32,000 nt of DNA, from assembly GCF_008065095.1 (NCBI RefSeq), contig NZ_CP042911.1, forward strand, positions 6,270,001 through 6,302,000, given 5' to 3'. The translations under genes were made by a program, and so were the position numbers. The DNA comes from Gemmata obscuriglobus (GTDB lineage Bacteria > Planctomycetota > Planctomycetia > Gemmatales > Gemmataceae). Below the pieces are notes generated by a model. That model saw only the letters and a list, made by a program, of their open reading frames with translations, was not told the DNA's origin and searched no databases. Positions 6,610-14,772 of this stretch are shown here, piece by piece (within the stretch, counting starts at the first letter, position 1; the number at the start of each line of letters is the position of its first letter).

Positions 6610-8343
6610 ATGCACCGTAACCGTACCAGCCGGCGATTCTTGCCGTGGGCGCTCGTTGTTACACTCGGCTTGGCGGCCGTAACGACGGGCGCCGGCCAGC
6701 CGCCCGATCCCAAGGGCGCCGCTCCGGCAGACCTTGACAAGAGCGGCGCCGTGGTGGTGCCGCTCGGCGGGCTCCGGTCCTTCGACCCGAAGCTCAAAGG
6801 CGGCGTCCCGCCGACCGACATTCTGAACAGCCGCGAGGACGTGCTGGGCGCGCGCCCGGACCCGAACGACCCGACCAAACTGCTGCTGACCGGTAAAACG
6901 GCCGGCCTGAGCCAGCTGACCATCGTCCAGAAGGACGCGCCGCCGCTCAAGTTCGACGTGGTGGTGAAGCCCGACCTGGCCCAGCTCCGCAAGCTGATCC
7001 GCGACACGGTGCCCACCGCCAGCGTGACCGTCGAGCCGGGCCTCGGGAACGTGATCGTGCTAAGCGGGTACGTGACCAGCCCCAGCGACGCGGACATCGT
7101 CCAGCGGCTCGCGAACAGCGCCGTGGGCGGGGCCAACGCGAACGTGATCAACGCCGTCCAGATCGGCGGCGTGCAGCAGGTGCAGATCGACGTCGTGGTG
7201 GCGTCGGTGGACCGCAACCAGCTCCGCAGCCGCGGGTTCGACTTCGCCCTGCCGGGCCGCGGGAGCTTCTCGTTCAGCAGCCTGGTGAGCGGGCTCCTCG
7301 GCGTGCAGTCGGCCGGCGGCGTCACCACCGCGACCTTCAGCCCCGACTCCAACTTCCAGTTCGCGGTGGTGCCCAACCGGTTCTTCGGGGCGCTGCGGGC
7401 GCTCCGCACCGAGGGCGTGGCGAAGTTCCTCGCGGAGCCGCGGGTCGTCACCCAGACCGGGCGCCCGGCGTTCTTCCGGGCCGGCGGCCAGCAGGCGATC
7501 ATCAGCGGGTCGTCCGGGATCACCGGCCCCGGCGTGACCCTGCAGCCGTTCGGGACCGAACTCACGGTGGTGCCGATCGTGTACGGCAACGGGATGATCT
7601 GGTTGGACATCAACCCGCGGATCACCGCGGTGAGCCAGGGGCTCGGGATCACCGTCGGCGGGTCCAGCAGCCCGGGCTTCACGGAGCAGAGCGTGCAGTC
7701 CACGGTGCTGCTGGAGTCGGGCCAGACGTTCGCCATCGGCGGGCTGATCCAGAACAGCGTGAACGCGTCCGCCTCGAAGGTGCCGGTGCTCGGCGACCTG
7801 CCATTCGCGGGCACCTACTTCAGCCGCGTGGAGCACACGGTCCGCGAGAGCGAGCTGGTGATCCTGGTGACCCCGCGGCTGGTCCACCCGATGGACCAGT
7901 GCCAGGGGCCGAAGCGGCTGCCGGGCCAGGAGACCCGCAGCCCGGACGACTACGAGCTGTTCCTGGAAAACGTGCTCGAAGTGCCCCGCGGGCAGCGCAA
8001 GGTGTGGAACGGCAAGTGCTACAACGCCCCGTACAAGGCCGACCCGACCGCGAGCAAGTACCCGTGCATCGGCGGGGCCTGTGCCGGCCCCCTGCCCGGG
8101 ACGGCCGGTGCCCTGATCGCCCCGCAGTACGGCTCGCACTCGCTCCCCATGACGGGACCGGGCCAACCGGCGGTCGCCCCGACGGCCCCGGTTCGGACGG
8201 GCGGCGCACCGGCGGCCCCCGCGCCCGAGACCCCGGCCCCTGTTCCGATGACGCTGCCCCCGGTGGCCGGGGCGACGCCGGCCGAGCCGGCCCCGGTGCA
8301 ACTGCCGCCGCTGCCCCCGGTCGGCGGCTCCCCGGTGCCCTAA
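6610..8343 (+). CDS. cpaC: Tad secretin CpaC/RcpA
   Basis: ATG 6610 within ORF 6523..8343, preceded by GAGGAGAGG, with a signal peptide (MHRNRTSRRFLPWALVVTLGLAAVTTGAG). Secretin blocks include GVAKFLAEPRVVTQTGRPAFFRAGGQ and VPVLGDLPFAGTYFSRVEHTVRESELVILVTPRLV. A Cys- and Pro-rich C-terminal extension of about 150 aa follows. Confidence 0.9.
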   Translation: MHRNRTSRRFLPWALVVTLGLAAVTTGAGQPPDPKGAAPADLDKSGAVVVPLGGLRSFDPKLKGGVPPTDILNSREDVLGARPDPNDPTKLLLTGKTAGLSQLTIVQKDAPPLKFDVVVKPDLAQLRKLIRDTVPTASVTVEPGLGNVIVLSGYVTSPSDADIVQRLANSAVGGANANVINAVQIGGVQQVQIDVVVASVDRNQLRSRGFDFALPGRGSFSFSSLVSGLLGVQSAGGVTTATFSPDSNFQFAVVPNRFFGALRALRTEGVAKFLAEPRVVTQTGRPAFFRAGGQQAIISGSSGITGPGVTLQPFGTELTVVPIVYGNGMIWLDINPRITAVSQGLGITVGGSSSPGFTEQSVQSTVLLESGQTFAIGGLIQNSVNASASKVPVLGDLPFAGTYFSRVEHTVRESELVILVTPRLVHPMDQCQGPKRLPGQETRSPDDYELFLENVLEVPRGQRKVWNGKCYNAPYKADPTASKYPCIGGACAGPLPGTAGALIAPQYGSHSLPMTGPGQPAVAPTAPVRTGGAPAAPAPETPAPVPMTLPPVAGATPAEPAPVQLPPLPPVGGSPVP

Positions 8344-8380
8344 AGTCCTGAGCAGAAGAGGTCTGTCAGGTGCCGAAACG

Positions 8381-8427
8381 GGCCGGGGGTGAGCGGCGGC
8401 GAGCTTCTGTCGCCGCTCACCCCGGCC
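8381..8427 (+). terminator. strong GC hairpin 38 nt after the cpaC stop
   Basis: GGCCGGGGGTGAGCGGCG (8381-8398) pairs with CGCCGCTCACCCCGGCC (8411-8427), about 17 bp with one bulged G and a 12-nt loop. No U tract follows, so it is more likely an intra-operon processing or stability element than a full terminator. Confidence 0.45.
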
Positions 8428-8575
8428 GTTCGGAACGCAACACACCCGCGGCCGCGTCGAAAGCTAGCGCGGGGCCAAATGGTGTGCTAGCCTTCCCCTG
8501 ACACCGGCTCGGCGCCGGGGCCAGGGGTGACGGACAGGAACGGTCCCCCGCGACACAACACACCCGGTGCCGGCC

Positions 8576-9796
8576 ATGCAACGCGTCGCGATCGTCGACC
8601 CCACGGAATCCACCCGCGAGTCGCTCCGCACCCTGCTGCTGGGCGTGGATTTCGTGTGGCTCGAGGCCGAGTGCGCCCGCTACGAGTACTTCTTTGAGGT
8701 GATCCAGGCCTCGACACCGGACCTCGTGATCGTCACGCTCGACGCCGACAAGAACAAAGCCCTGCAGATGATCGGGCAGCTCTCCGTCGAGCACCCGAAG
8801 CTCCCCATCCTGACCATCAGCCACGACCACCAGGCCCTGCTCCAGTCCCTCCAGAAGGGCGCGAAGTACTTTCTGACGCACCCGGTCGGGCTCGAGGACA
8901 TGCTGGCCGCGCTGCGCCGGGCGCTGGGCGAGGCGGGCGGCGAAGCGCCGTCGGCCGGGGGGACCGCCTCGGCCCGCCAGACCGGCGCGTCGTCGATGAT
9001 CGCGGTGCTCGGCTCCCGCGGCGGGGTCGGCACCACCACCCTGGCGGTCAACATGGCCGCCACCCTCGCCTCGGACCCGACCAACGCGGCGGCGCTCATC
9101 GACCTCGACCTCGCGCTGGGCGACGCCGACATCGCGCTGGAGGTGAACGGGTTCGAGAACATCAGCATCTCGGACCTGGCCCGGAACATCGAGCGGCTGG
9201 ACATGAACTTCCTCAAGCGGGCGATGGCCAAGCACGAGCCCACCGGGCTCGCGATCCTGCGCCACCCGCTGGAGATCGCCGAGGTGGGGCTGATCCACGA
9301 GCAGCACGTGGAGCGGGTGCTGAACCTGCTGAAGATCAGCTACACGCACCTGGTCCTCGACCTCAGCAAGTGCCTGCTGCCGACCGACCTGATGGCGCTG
9401 CGCATGGCGGACATGATCATCCTCGTGGCCCAGCTCGAGCTGAGCAGCCTGCGGAACGTGGTCCGGCTGATCCACTGCCTCGGCGGCGAGGAGAACCTGG
9501 CCGACAAGATCCGCGTGGTGATCAACCGGCAGGGGGCCGACTCGGTCGAGGAGGGGATCAGCCTGAAGAAGGCCGAGGAGGTGATCGGCAAGCCGATCTT
9601 CTGGCAGGTGCCCAACGACACGAAGGCGGTCATCGGCGCCCGCGTGGCCGGGCACCCGCTGGTGAAGCACGCGCCCAAGAGCCGGGTGCAGCAGAGCATC
9701 TACGGGCTCACACAGGCCCTGTACGGCAAGCCCGTCGGCGGCGGCACCGACGCGAAGGGCAGCAAGGGCGGCTGGGGCTTCTTCGGGAAGCGCTAG
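8576..9796 (+). CDS. cpaE: CpaE/TadZ-type pilus localisation protein (receiver-like N-domain plus ParA/MinD-like ATPase domain)
   Basis: ORF 8567..9796; ATG 8576 is preferred over GTG 8567. The N-terminal CheY-like fold reads RVAIVDPTE...PDLVIVTLDAD...LPILTIS...GAKYFLTHP. The MinD/ParA-like domain carries a deviant P-loop, IAVLGSRGGVGTTTLAVNMA. Confidence 0.85.
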   Translation: MQRVAIVDPTESTRESLRTLLLGVDFVWLEAECARYEYFFEVIQASTPDLVIVTLDADKNKALQMIGQLSVEHPKLPILTISHDHQALLQSLQKGAKYFLTHPVGLEDMLAALRRALGEAGGEAPSAGGTASARQTGASSMIAVLGSRGGVGTTTLAVNMAATLASDPTNAAALIDLDLALGDADIALEVNGFENISISDLARNIERLDMNFLKRAMAKHEPTGLAILRHPLEIAEVGLIHEQHVERVLNLLKISYTHLVLDLSKCLLPTDLMALRMADMIILVAQLELSSLRNVVRLIHCLGGEENLADKIRVVINRQGADSVEEGISLKKAEEVIGKPIFWQVPNDTKAVIGARVAGHPLVKHAPKSRVQQSIYGLTQALYGKPVGGGTDAKGSKGGWGFFGKR

Positions 9797-9797
9797 G

Positions 9798-9925
9798 TTC
9801 GTGTTTGACGCTCGGCGTTTGGTGTTCAGCGTTTTTGGACCGCGGGGGCGAACCGGGGCCGGCGCGAGCCACCAACCACTAAACACACAACGCCAAAGAC
9901 TGAACACGGAACACCAAACACCAAC
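9798..9925. repeat. long imperfect inverted repeat (GT-rich arm / AC-rich arm) filling the cpaE-cpaF spacer
   Basis: The left arm is TTCGTGTTTGACGCTCGGCGTTTGGTGTTCAGCGTTTTTGG (9798-9838). The right arm is ACTAAACACACAACGCCAAAGACTGAACACGGAACACCAAACACCAAC (9878-9925). The blocks GTGTTCAG/CTGAACAC and TTTGGTGTT/AACACCAAA are complementary. Confidence 0.6.
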
Positions 9926-9936
9926 GACGACGCACC

Positions 9937-11325
9937 ATGAGCCGACTCCAACAGGGCATTTCGAAGCTCAACAGCCTGAACGCCGGCGGCGGCCCGAGCG
10001 GCATCTCGCGGCTGTCCAGCCCGAGCATGGCCGGCCCGGGGGGCGGGGGCAAGAACTTCGACGAGCTGAAGCGCCAGATCCACTCCAAGCTGGTCGAGCG
10101 GCTCGACTTCACCCGCGTCAAGGACCTGTCCTCGGACGCGATGCGGCGCGACATCCGCCGCGTCATCGAGCACCTGTGCGACACCGAGAACCCGCTGCTC
10201 AACCGCATCGAGCGGGAGAAGCTGATCGAGGAGGTGCTCGACGAGACCCTCGGGTTCGGGCCGCTGGAGGTGCTGCTCAAGGACCCGACGATCTCGGACA
10301 TCCTGGTGAACGGCCCGCACAAGTGCTACGTGGAGCGGCGCGGCAAGCTCGAGAAGACGGACGTCAAGTTCCGCGACAACGACCACCTGATGCAGATCAT
10401 CGACCGCATCGTGTCGAAGATCGGCCGGCGGGTGGACGAGACCAGCCCCATGGTGGACGCGCGGCTCCCGGACGGGTCGCGCGTCAACGCCGTGATCCCG
10501 CCCATCGCCCTGGACGGCCCGAGCCTCTCGATCCGCCGGTTCGGGGCGAACCCGCTGAAGCTCGAGGACCTGCTGAACTACAAGGCGTTCACGCCCGAGA
10601 TGGCGATGCTGATGGAGGCGTGCATCAAGGCCCGCCTCAACGTGCTGATCTCCGGGGGCACCGGGTGCGGTAAGACCACCCTGCTGAACACGCTGTCGAG
10701 CTTCATCCCGGGCGACGAGCGGGTGGTCACCATCGAGGACGCGGCCGAGCTCCAGCTCCAGCAGGACCACGTGGTGCGGCTCGAGACGCGGCCGCCCAAC
10801 ATCGAAGGCAAGGGGGCGGTGAGCACCCGCGACTGCGTGCGGAACGCGCTGCGCATGCGGCCCGAGCGGATCATCATCGGCGAGGTCCGCGGGTCCGAGG
10901 CGCTGGACATGCTCCAGGCCATGAACACCGGCCACGGCGGGTCGCTGGCGACGCTCCACGCGAACACCCCGCGCGAGGCGCTCACCCGCCTCGAGACGAT
11001 GATCATGATGGGCGGGTTCGAGCTGCCGGTGAAGGCGATGCGGCAGCAGATCAGCTCCGCCATCGACCTCATCATCCAGGCCAACCGGCTCCAGGGCGGG
11101 CCCCGCAAGATCACCCACATCACGGAGGTGATGAACATGGAGCAGGACATCATCATCATGCAGGAAGTGTTCCGGTACAAGCAGCTCGGGATCGACCAGA
11201 ACGGCCGCGCGTACGGCCAGTTCGAGGCCACCGGGGTGCGGCCGACGTTCATCAACCGGCTCGAGTCGAAGGGCGTGAAGCTGCCGAGCAACATGTTCGC
11301 CGAGCGCATCCTGATGCGCGACTGA
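9937..11325 (+). CDS. cpaF: Tad secretion ATPase CpaF/TadA
   Basis: 462 aa of the T2SS-E/VirB11 type. Walker A is [15 protein letters not shown], the Asp box and Walker B read [11 protein letters not shown]...[12 protein letters not shown], and the His box is [12 protein letters not shown]. Confidence 0.95.
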   Translation: MSRLQQGISKLNSLNAGGGPSGISRLSSPSMAGPGGGGKNFDELKRQIHSKLVERLDFTRVKDLSSDAMRRDIRRVIEHLCDTENPLLNRIEREKLIEEVLDETLGFGPLEVLLKDPTISDILVNGPHKCYVERRGKLEKTDVKFRDNDHLMQIIDRIVSKIGRRVDETSPMVDARLPDGSRVNAVIPPIALDGPSLSIRRFGANPLKLEDLLNYKAFTPEMAMLMEACIKARLNVLISGGTGCGKTTLLNTLSSFIPGDERVVTIEDAAELQLQQDHVVRLETRPPNIEGKGAVSTRDCVRNALRMRPERIIIGEVRGSEALDMLQAMNTGHGGSLATLHANTPREALTRLETMIMMGGFELPVKAMRQQISSAIDLIIQANRLQGGPRKITHITEVMNMEQDIIIMQEVFRYKQLGIDQNGRAYGQFEATGVRPTFINRLESKGVKLPSNMFAERILMRD

Positions 11326-11350
11326 CCGGACCGGACGCGGACCCCACCGG

Positions 11351-11489
11351 ATTCGGAACGCGGAGTTCGGGATCCGGAGCGACCGACAGGCAGCAAACAC
11401 GAGACGACGGCCGGAAGACAGGTCGGGGCGGGTGCGGCGGGAGACACGTGTCTCCGTTCCGCATTCCGCGCTCCGCGTTCCGAACTCCC
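11351..11489. repeat. intergenic inverted-repeat element (core TTCGGAACGCGGAG) with a central 16-bp palindrome
   Basis: TTCGGAACGCGGAG (11352-11365) is the perfect reverse complement of CTCCGCGTTCCGAA (11471-11484). The perfect palindrome GGAGACACGTGTCTCC lies at 11440-11455. The element sits in the cpaF-tadB spacer. Confidence 0.7.
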
Positions 11490-11502
11490 AAGGTTGACCC
11501 CG

Positions 11503-12462
11503 ATGAGCACGCTCCTCCTTCCGGTCCTGATCGGCGGCCTGGTGATCGCGATGGTCGCCCTGCTGTACCTCGCGCTGCGCGCCAACCCGGACGGGGCCGC
11601 GGCCGACCGCCTCGACCAGCTGGTCGGCCGCAGCTCGCGGAAGGACTCGTCCGCCGACATGCTGCTCAAGCAGGCGCTGCAGGAGGTGGACAAGAAGACG
11701 CTGATGGACAAGCTGATGCCGGAGTTCTTCAACCTCACGAAGACCTTCGAGCAGGCCGACTGCAACATCAAGCCCAGCGCCCTGTTCGGCATCTCGCTGG
11801 GGCTGAGCGTGCTCGGCGCGGCGATGAGCATCTGGCTGGTGAACCTGTACGTGCTCCCGATCGGGGCGCTGACGTGCTTCGCGCTGCCGTGGGTCTGGCT
11901 GCACATGAAGCGGTCGTCGCGGCTCAAGGCGTTCGCGGCCCAGCTCCCCGACGCGATGGAGCTGGTGGCCCGGGCGCTCCGCGCGGGCCACTCGCTGGCC
12001 GCGGGGATGCACGTGGTGGCGGAGGAGATGCCGGCCCCCATTTGTAAGGAGTTCGGCCGGGTGTACGAGGAGCAGAACCTCGGCATCCCGCTGGAGGAGG
12101 CGCTCAAGGGCATGTGCGACCGGGTGCCGAACCTGGACCTGAAGTTCTTCGTCACCTCGGTGGCGATCCAGCGCCAGACCGGCGGCGACCTGGCCGAGAT
12201 CCTCGACCGGATCGGGCACATCATCCGCGAGCGGTTCAAGATCCTCGGGCAGGTGAAGGCGCTGACCGCCGAGGGCCGGCTCTCGGGCGTGGTGCTGATC
12301 GCCCTGCCGATCGGCCTGTTCGTCATGATGCTGTGGACGAAGCCGGACTACGTCGAGATGCTGTGGAAGGACGACCTCGGGATCAAGATGTCGATCGGGG
12401 CCATCGTGCTGATGCTCATCGGCTCCTACGCCATCAAGAAGATTGTGGACATTAAGGTTTAA
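11503..12462 (+). CDS. tadB: Tad inner-membrane platform protein TadB (T2SS-F family)
   Basis: ORF 11494..12462; ATG 11503 is preferred (AAGG lies 9 nt upstream). It has an N-terminal TM segment, a cytoplasmic T2SSF domain ([22 protein letters not shown]...) and C-terminal TMs. It follows cpaF. Confidence 0.85.
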   Translation: MSTLLLPVLIGGLVIAMVALLYLALRANPDGAAADRLDQLVGRSSRKDSSADMLLKQALQEVDKKTLMDKLMPEFFNLTKTFEQADCNIKPSALFGISLGLSVLGAAMSIWLVNLYVLPIGALTCFALPWVWLHMKRSSRLKAFAAQLPDAMELVARALRAGHSLAAGMHVVAEEMPAPICKEFGRVYEEQNLGIPLEEALKGMCDRVPNLDLKFFVTSVAIQRQTGGDLAEILDRIGHIIRERFKILGQVKALTAEGRLSGVVLIALPIGLFVMMLWTKPDYVEMLWKDDLGIKMSIGAIVLMLIGSYAIKKIVDIKV

Positions 12463-12551
12463 CTGTCGCCGCTCGGCGTTTCGTCCCGCGCCCCGCCCAC
12501 GGAACCGCCGCACCGACAGCCGATACGCCAGACACGCACCCGGAGCCACCT

Positions 12552-13511
12552 GTGGAACTGCTCGCGCTGTTGTCCGCCGCCGAACTCGCACCGATCCTCG
12601 TGTTCGTCGCCATCATGGCGGGCACGTTCTGGCTGCTGTCGCTGATCTCCAGCCGCAACAGCCAGGCCGAGGAGCGGCTGGAGCGGATCGGCCGGCCCAA
12701 GTCGCTGGTCGAGATCGAGATGTCGCAGGGCGAGAGCGGGAACCGGTTCAAGGGGATCAAGGACGCGTTCTCCAACCTGGGCGGGGTGATGGAGCCGCGC
12801 ACCGAACTGGAGAAGAACTCGATCCGCATCCAGCTCGCCAACGCCGGGTTCCGGAGCGAGAACGCGGCGGGCGTGTACCAGGGCATCCGCGTAGTTTGCC
12901 TGGTCGTGTTCCTCCTTCCCGCGCTTTTCTTCTTCTTGCTCAAAGACGGGTTCACCCTGAAGTCGATTGAATGGACGGTGGCCCTCGGCGGGATGGGGTT
13001 CTACCTCCCGCAAATGGGGCTGTACCACCTGCGCAGCACGCGGCAGAAGGAGATCTTCCTGACCCTGCCCGACGCGCTGGACCTGCTGGTGGTGTGCGTC
13101 GAGTCCGGCCTCGGCCTCGACGCCGCGCTGCGGAAGGTGACGGACGAGATGAAGGGCCACGCGAAGACCATCTGCGAGGAGTTCTCGCTGGCGAACCTCC
13201 AGCTCCAGATGGGCCGCCCGCGCCGCGAGGTGCTCCACGACCTGGGCGTGCGGACCGGGGTGGACGACGTGCGGTCGCTGGCCGCGATCCTGATCCAGGC
13301 GGACCGGTTCGGGTCCAGCATCGCCCAGGCGCTGCGGGTGCAGTCCGACTCGATGCGGGTGCGCCGGCGGCAGATCGCCGAGGAGAAGGCCGCCAAGACC
13401 GCGGTGCAACTGATCTTCCCGCTGGTGCTGTTCATCTTCCCGTCGATCTTCGTGGTCCTGGTCGGCCCCGCAGCCATCCAGATTCACAAGAACCTGCTGA
13501 AGCCGGGCTAG
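12552..13511 (+). CDS. tadC: Tad inner-membrane platform protein TadC (T2SS-F family)
   Basis: GTG start with GGAG 6 nt upstream. The T2SSF domain reads LPDALDLLVVCVESGLGLDAALRKV, with TM segments at both ends. It is a paralogue of the preceding gene. Confidence 0.85.
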   Translation: MELLALLSAAELAPILVFVAIMAGTFWLLSLISSRNSQAEERLERIGRPKSLVEIEMSQGESGNRFKGIKDAFSNLGGVMEPRTELEKNSIRIQLANAGFRSENAAGVYQGIRVVCLVVFLLPALFFFLLKDGFTLKSIEWTVALGGMGFYLPQMGLYHLRSTRQKEIFLTLPDALDLLVVCVESGLGLDAALRKVTDEMKGHAKTICEEFSLANLQLQMGRPRREVLHDLGVRTGVDDVRSLAAILIQADRFGSSIAQALRVQSDSMRVRRRQIAEEKAAKTAVQLIFPLVLFIFPSIFVVLVGPAAIQIHKNLLKPG

Positions 13512-13643
13512 CGGCTGCCAGGGGTGGGACGGCCGCGGGGGGCGGGGCCGCGGCTCAACGGGGCGGAACTGACGGACGCCATTGTGACAGAGTGAAGGTA
13601 CTCGGGCAGGACGCCCGATTTCGTTCTCAAGGAGGAGAGTGCG

Positions 13644-14309
13644 ATGACCAAGTCGATGCGTGCGGCCGCCGCGGCCGCGATTCTGACCGCCGGGCTCGGG
13701 TCCGTCGGGTGCGTGGGCACCGGCTCCCACCGGGGCGGCGAGGCCACCCTCGGCGACCGGTACCGCAACTACGTGGACCCGTGTTACCCGGAGCGGTACA
13801 ACCACGCCGCCCGGCAGGCGACGATTGCTCCGTTCGCGCAACAGGTGCACAACGGGCACGTGCTGAACCAGACCATTTTCACCTACAACTTCGAGCAGGG
13901 CACCGACAAGCTCACGCCGGCCGGCATGGCCAAACTGGACTCGATTGCCCGCACCCGTCCGGCGCCGGACCCGAAGCTGTACATCCAGGCCGCGACCGAC
14001 GACATCCTGCTGACCGACGCGAACGCGGACAAGATCGTCGAGCTGCGGGCCGAGCTCGACGCCAAGCGCGCCGCGGCGGTTCAGAAGTACCTGGCGACGG
14101 TGCCCACGTACGTCCCGGTCCAGTACGAGATCGCGGTCCACAACCCGGCCACCCCGGGCGTCAACGCCGAGTTCGCGACCGGCGCCTACCGCACCTCGGC
14201 ACAGAACTACTCCGGGGCCCGCGGTAGCGGCAGCGCCAACGGCGCCGCGATCGGCACCGGGGGCGGCGGCACCAGCCTGACCACGCCGCCCGCCGGCACC
14301 CCGCGGTAA
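13644..14309 (+). CDS. lipoprotein-like hypothetical protein, last gene of the tad operon (possible CpaD analogue)
   Basis: Strong RBS AAGGAGGAGAG. The signal peptide ends in a Cys (AAILTAGLGSVGC). The segment LTPAGMAKLDSIAR...KLYIQAATDD...LDAKRAAAVQKYL is weakly reminiscent of OmpA-C/CpaD-type lipoproteins. The terminator at 14340-14380 follows it. Confidence 0.6.
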   Translation: MTKSMRAAAAAAILTAGLGSVGCVGTGSHRGGEATLGDRYRNYVDPCYPERYNHAARQATIAPFAQQVHNGHVLNQTIFTYNFEQGTDKLTPAGMAKLDSIARTRPAPDPKLYIQAATDDILLTDANADKIVELRAELDAKRAAAVQKYLATVPTYVPVQYEIAVHNPATPGVNAEFATGAYRTSAQNYSGARGSGSANGAAIGTGGGGTSLTTPPAGTPR

Positions 14310-14339
14310 TTCGTAAATCGGACAATCAGATAACCCGCC

Positions 14340-14380
14340 CGGGGCCGGGCGCCAATCGTTGGCGCCCGGCCCCGATTTCG
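14340..14380 (+). terminator. intrinsic terminator ending the flp-tadC-lipoprotein operon
   Basis: A perfect 14-bp GC stem, GGGGCCGGGCGCCA (14341-14354) with TGGCGCCCGGCCCC (14360-14373), plus a C14340-G14374 pair. The loop is 5 nt, and the stem is followed by GATTTCGTGT. Confidence 0.7.
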
Positions 14381-14422
14381 TGTCCTAAGCTTAACGCGCC
14401 CGCCACACCCGGGGTTCACACG

Positions 14423-14650
14423 ATGTCCACCCGATCGATCCTGCCTTTCGCGCTGGCCGTCGGCCCGGCGCTGGCCGCCGCACTGCCGGTGACCGCGGCT
14501 GAACCCGGCGCGCTCGTCGCCGGGTACGGGACCGAGTTTTACGAGTACTGGACCGGGCTGCTGAAGCAGCAGAACGGCGTGGTGATGGCCGCGCTCGGCT
14601 TCGGCGCCGTGTGCCTGTTCATCATCACCCGCGGGAAGTGGCGGAAGTGA
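14423..14650 (+). CDS. small membrane protein (signal peptide plus C-terminal TM and basic tail), function unknown
   Basis: 75 aa: MSTRSILPFALAVGPALAAALPVTAAEP...VVMAALGFGAVCLFIITRGKWRK. By my hand count 69 of 75 codons end in G or C, as in the surrounding real genes, which supports coding. Confidence 0.6.
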   Translation: MSTRSILPFALAVGPALAAALPVTAAEPGALVAGYGTEFYEYWTGLLKQQNGVVMAALGFGAVCLFIITRGKWRK

Positions 14651-14764
14651 GAGTTGCGGAGTGCGGAGTTCGGAACCCGGAATAAACGGCGTTCCCAATT
14701 CCGCGCGCCCGATTCTGCGTTCTTCGTGCTTTCAATCCGCGTTCCGAATTCCGCACTCCGAATT
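14651..14764. repeat. intergenic inverted-repeat element of the same family as 11351-11489
   Basis: CGGAGTGCGGAGTTCGGAAC (14657-14676) against GTTCCGAATTCCGCACTCCG (14741-14760) is 19 of 20 complementary. The pairing extends inward by CGGA/TCCG. It contains AATCCGCGTTCCGAA (14734-14748). Confidence 0.7.
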
Positions 14765-14772
14765 GGTGCAAT

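Noticed and set aside
9826-12591. Very long antisense ORFs opposite well-supported genes. Examples are 9826..12591(-) 921 aa, 4738..6273(-), 6468..7814(-), 12459..14141(-), 14539..16545(-), 17281..19752(+), 21218..23347(-), 25036..26721(-), 28142..29953(+) and 3270..4478(-).
   Set aside because: Long stop-free antisense or off-frame runs are expected in high-GC DNA. Their translations are Arg/Gly/Pro/Ala/His low complexity with no family signatures. The opposite or alternative frame carries clear homology blocks in each case (CpaF, CpaB, CpaC, TadC, AAA+, propeller protein, hydrolase, ProA, Amt, CpaA).
14423-14650. Possibility that the 75-aa protein is a VirB2/TrbC-like or Flp-like pilin.
   Set aside because: It lacks the Flp G-xxxx-EY motif. 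Only a vague resemblance to VirB2-type proteins (signal peptide plus hydrophobic C-terminal helix) could be seen, which is not enough to call, so it is left as a hypothetical membrane protein.
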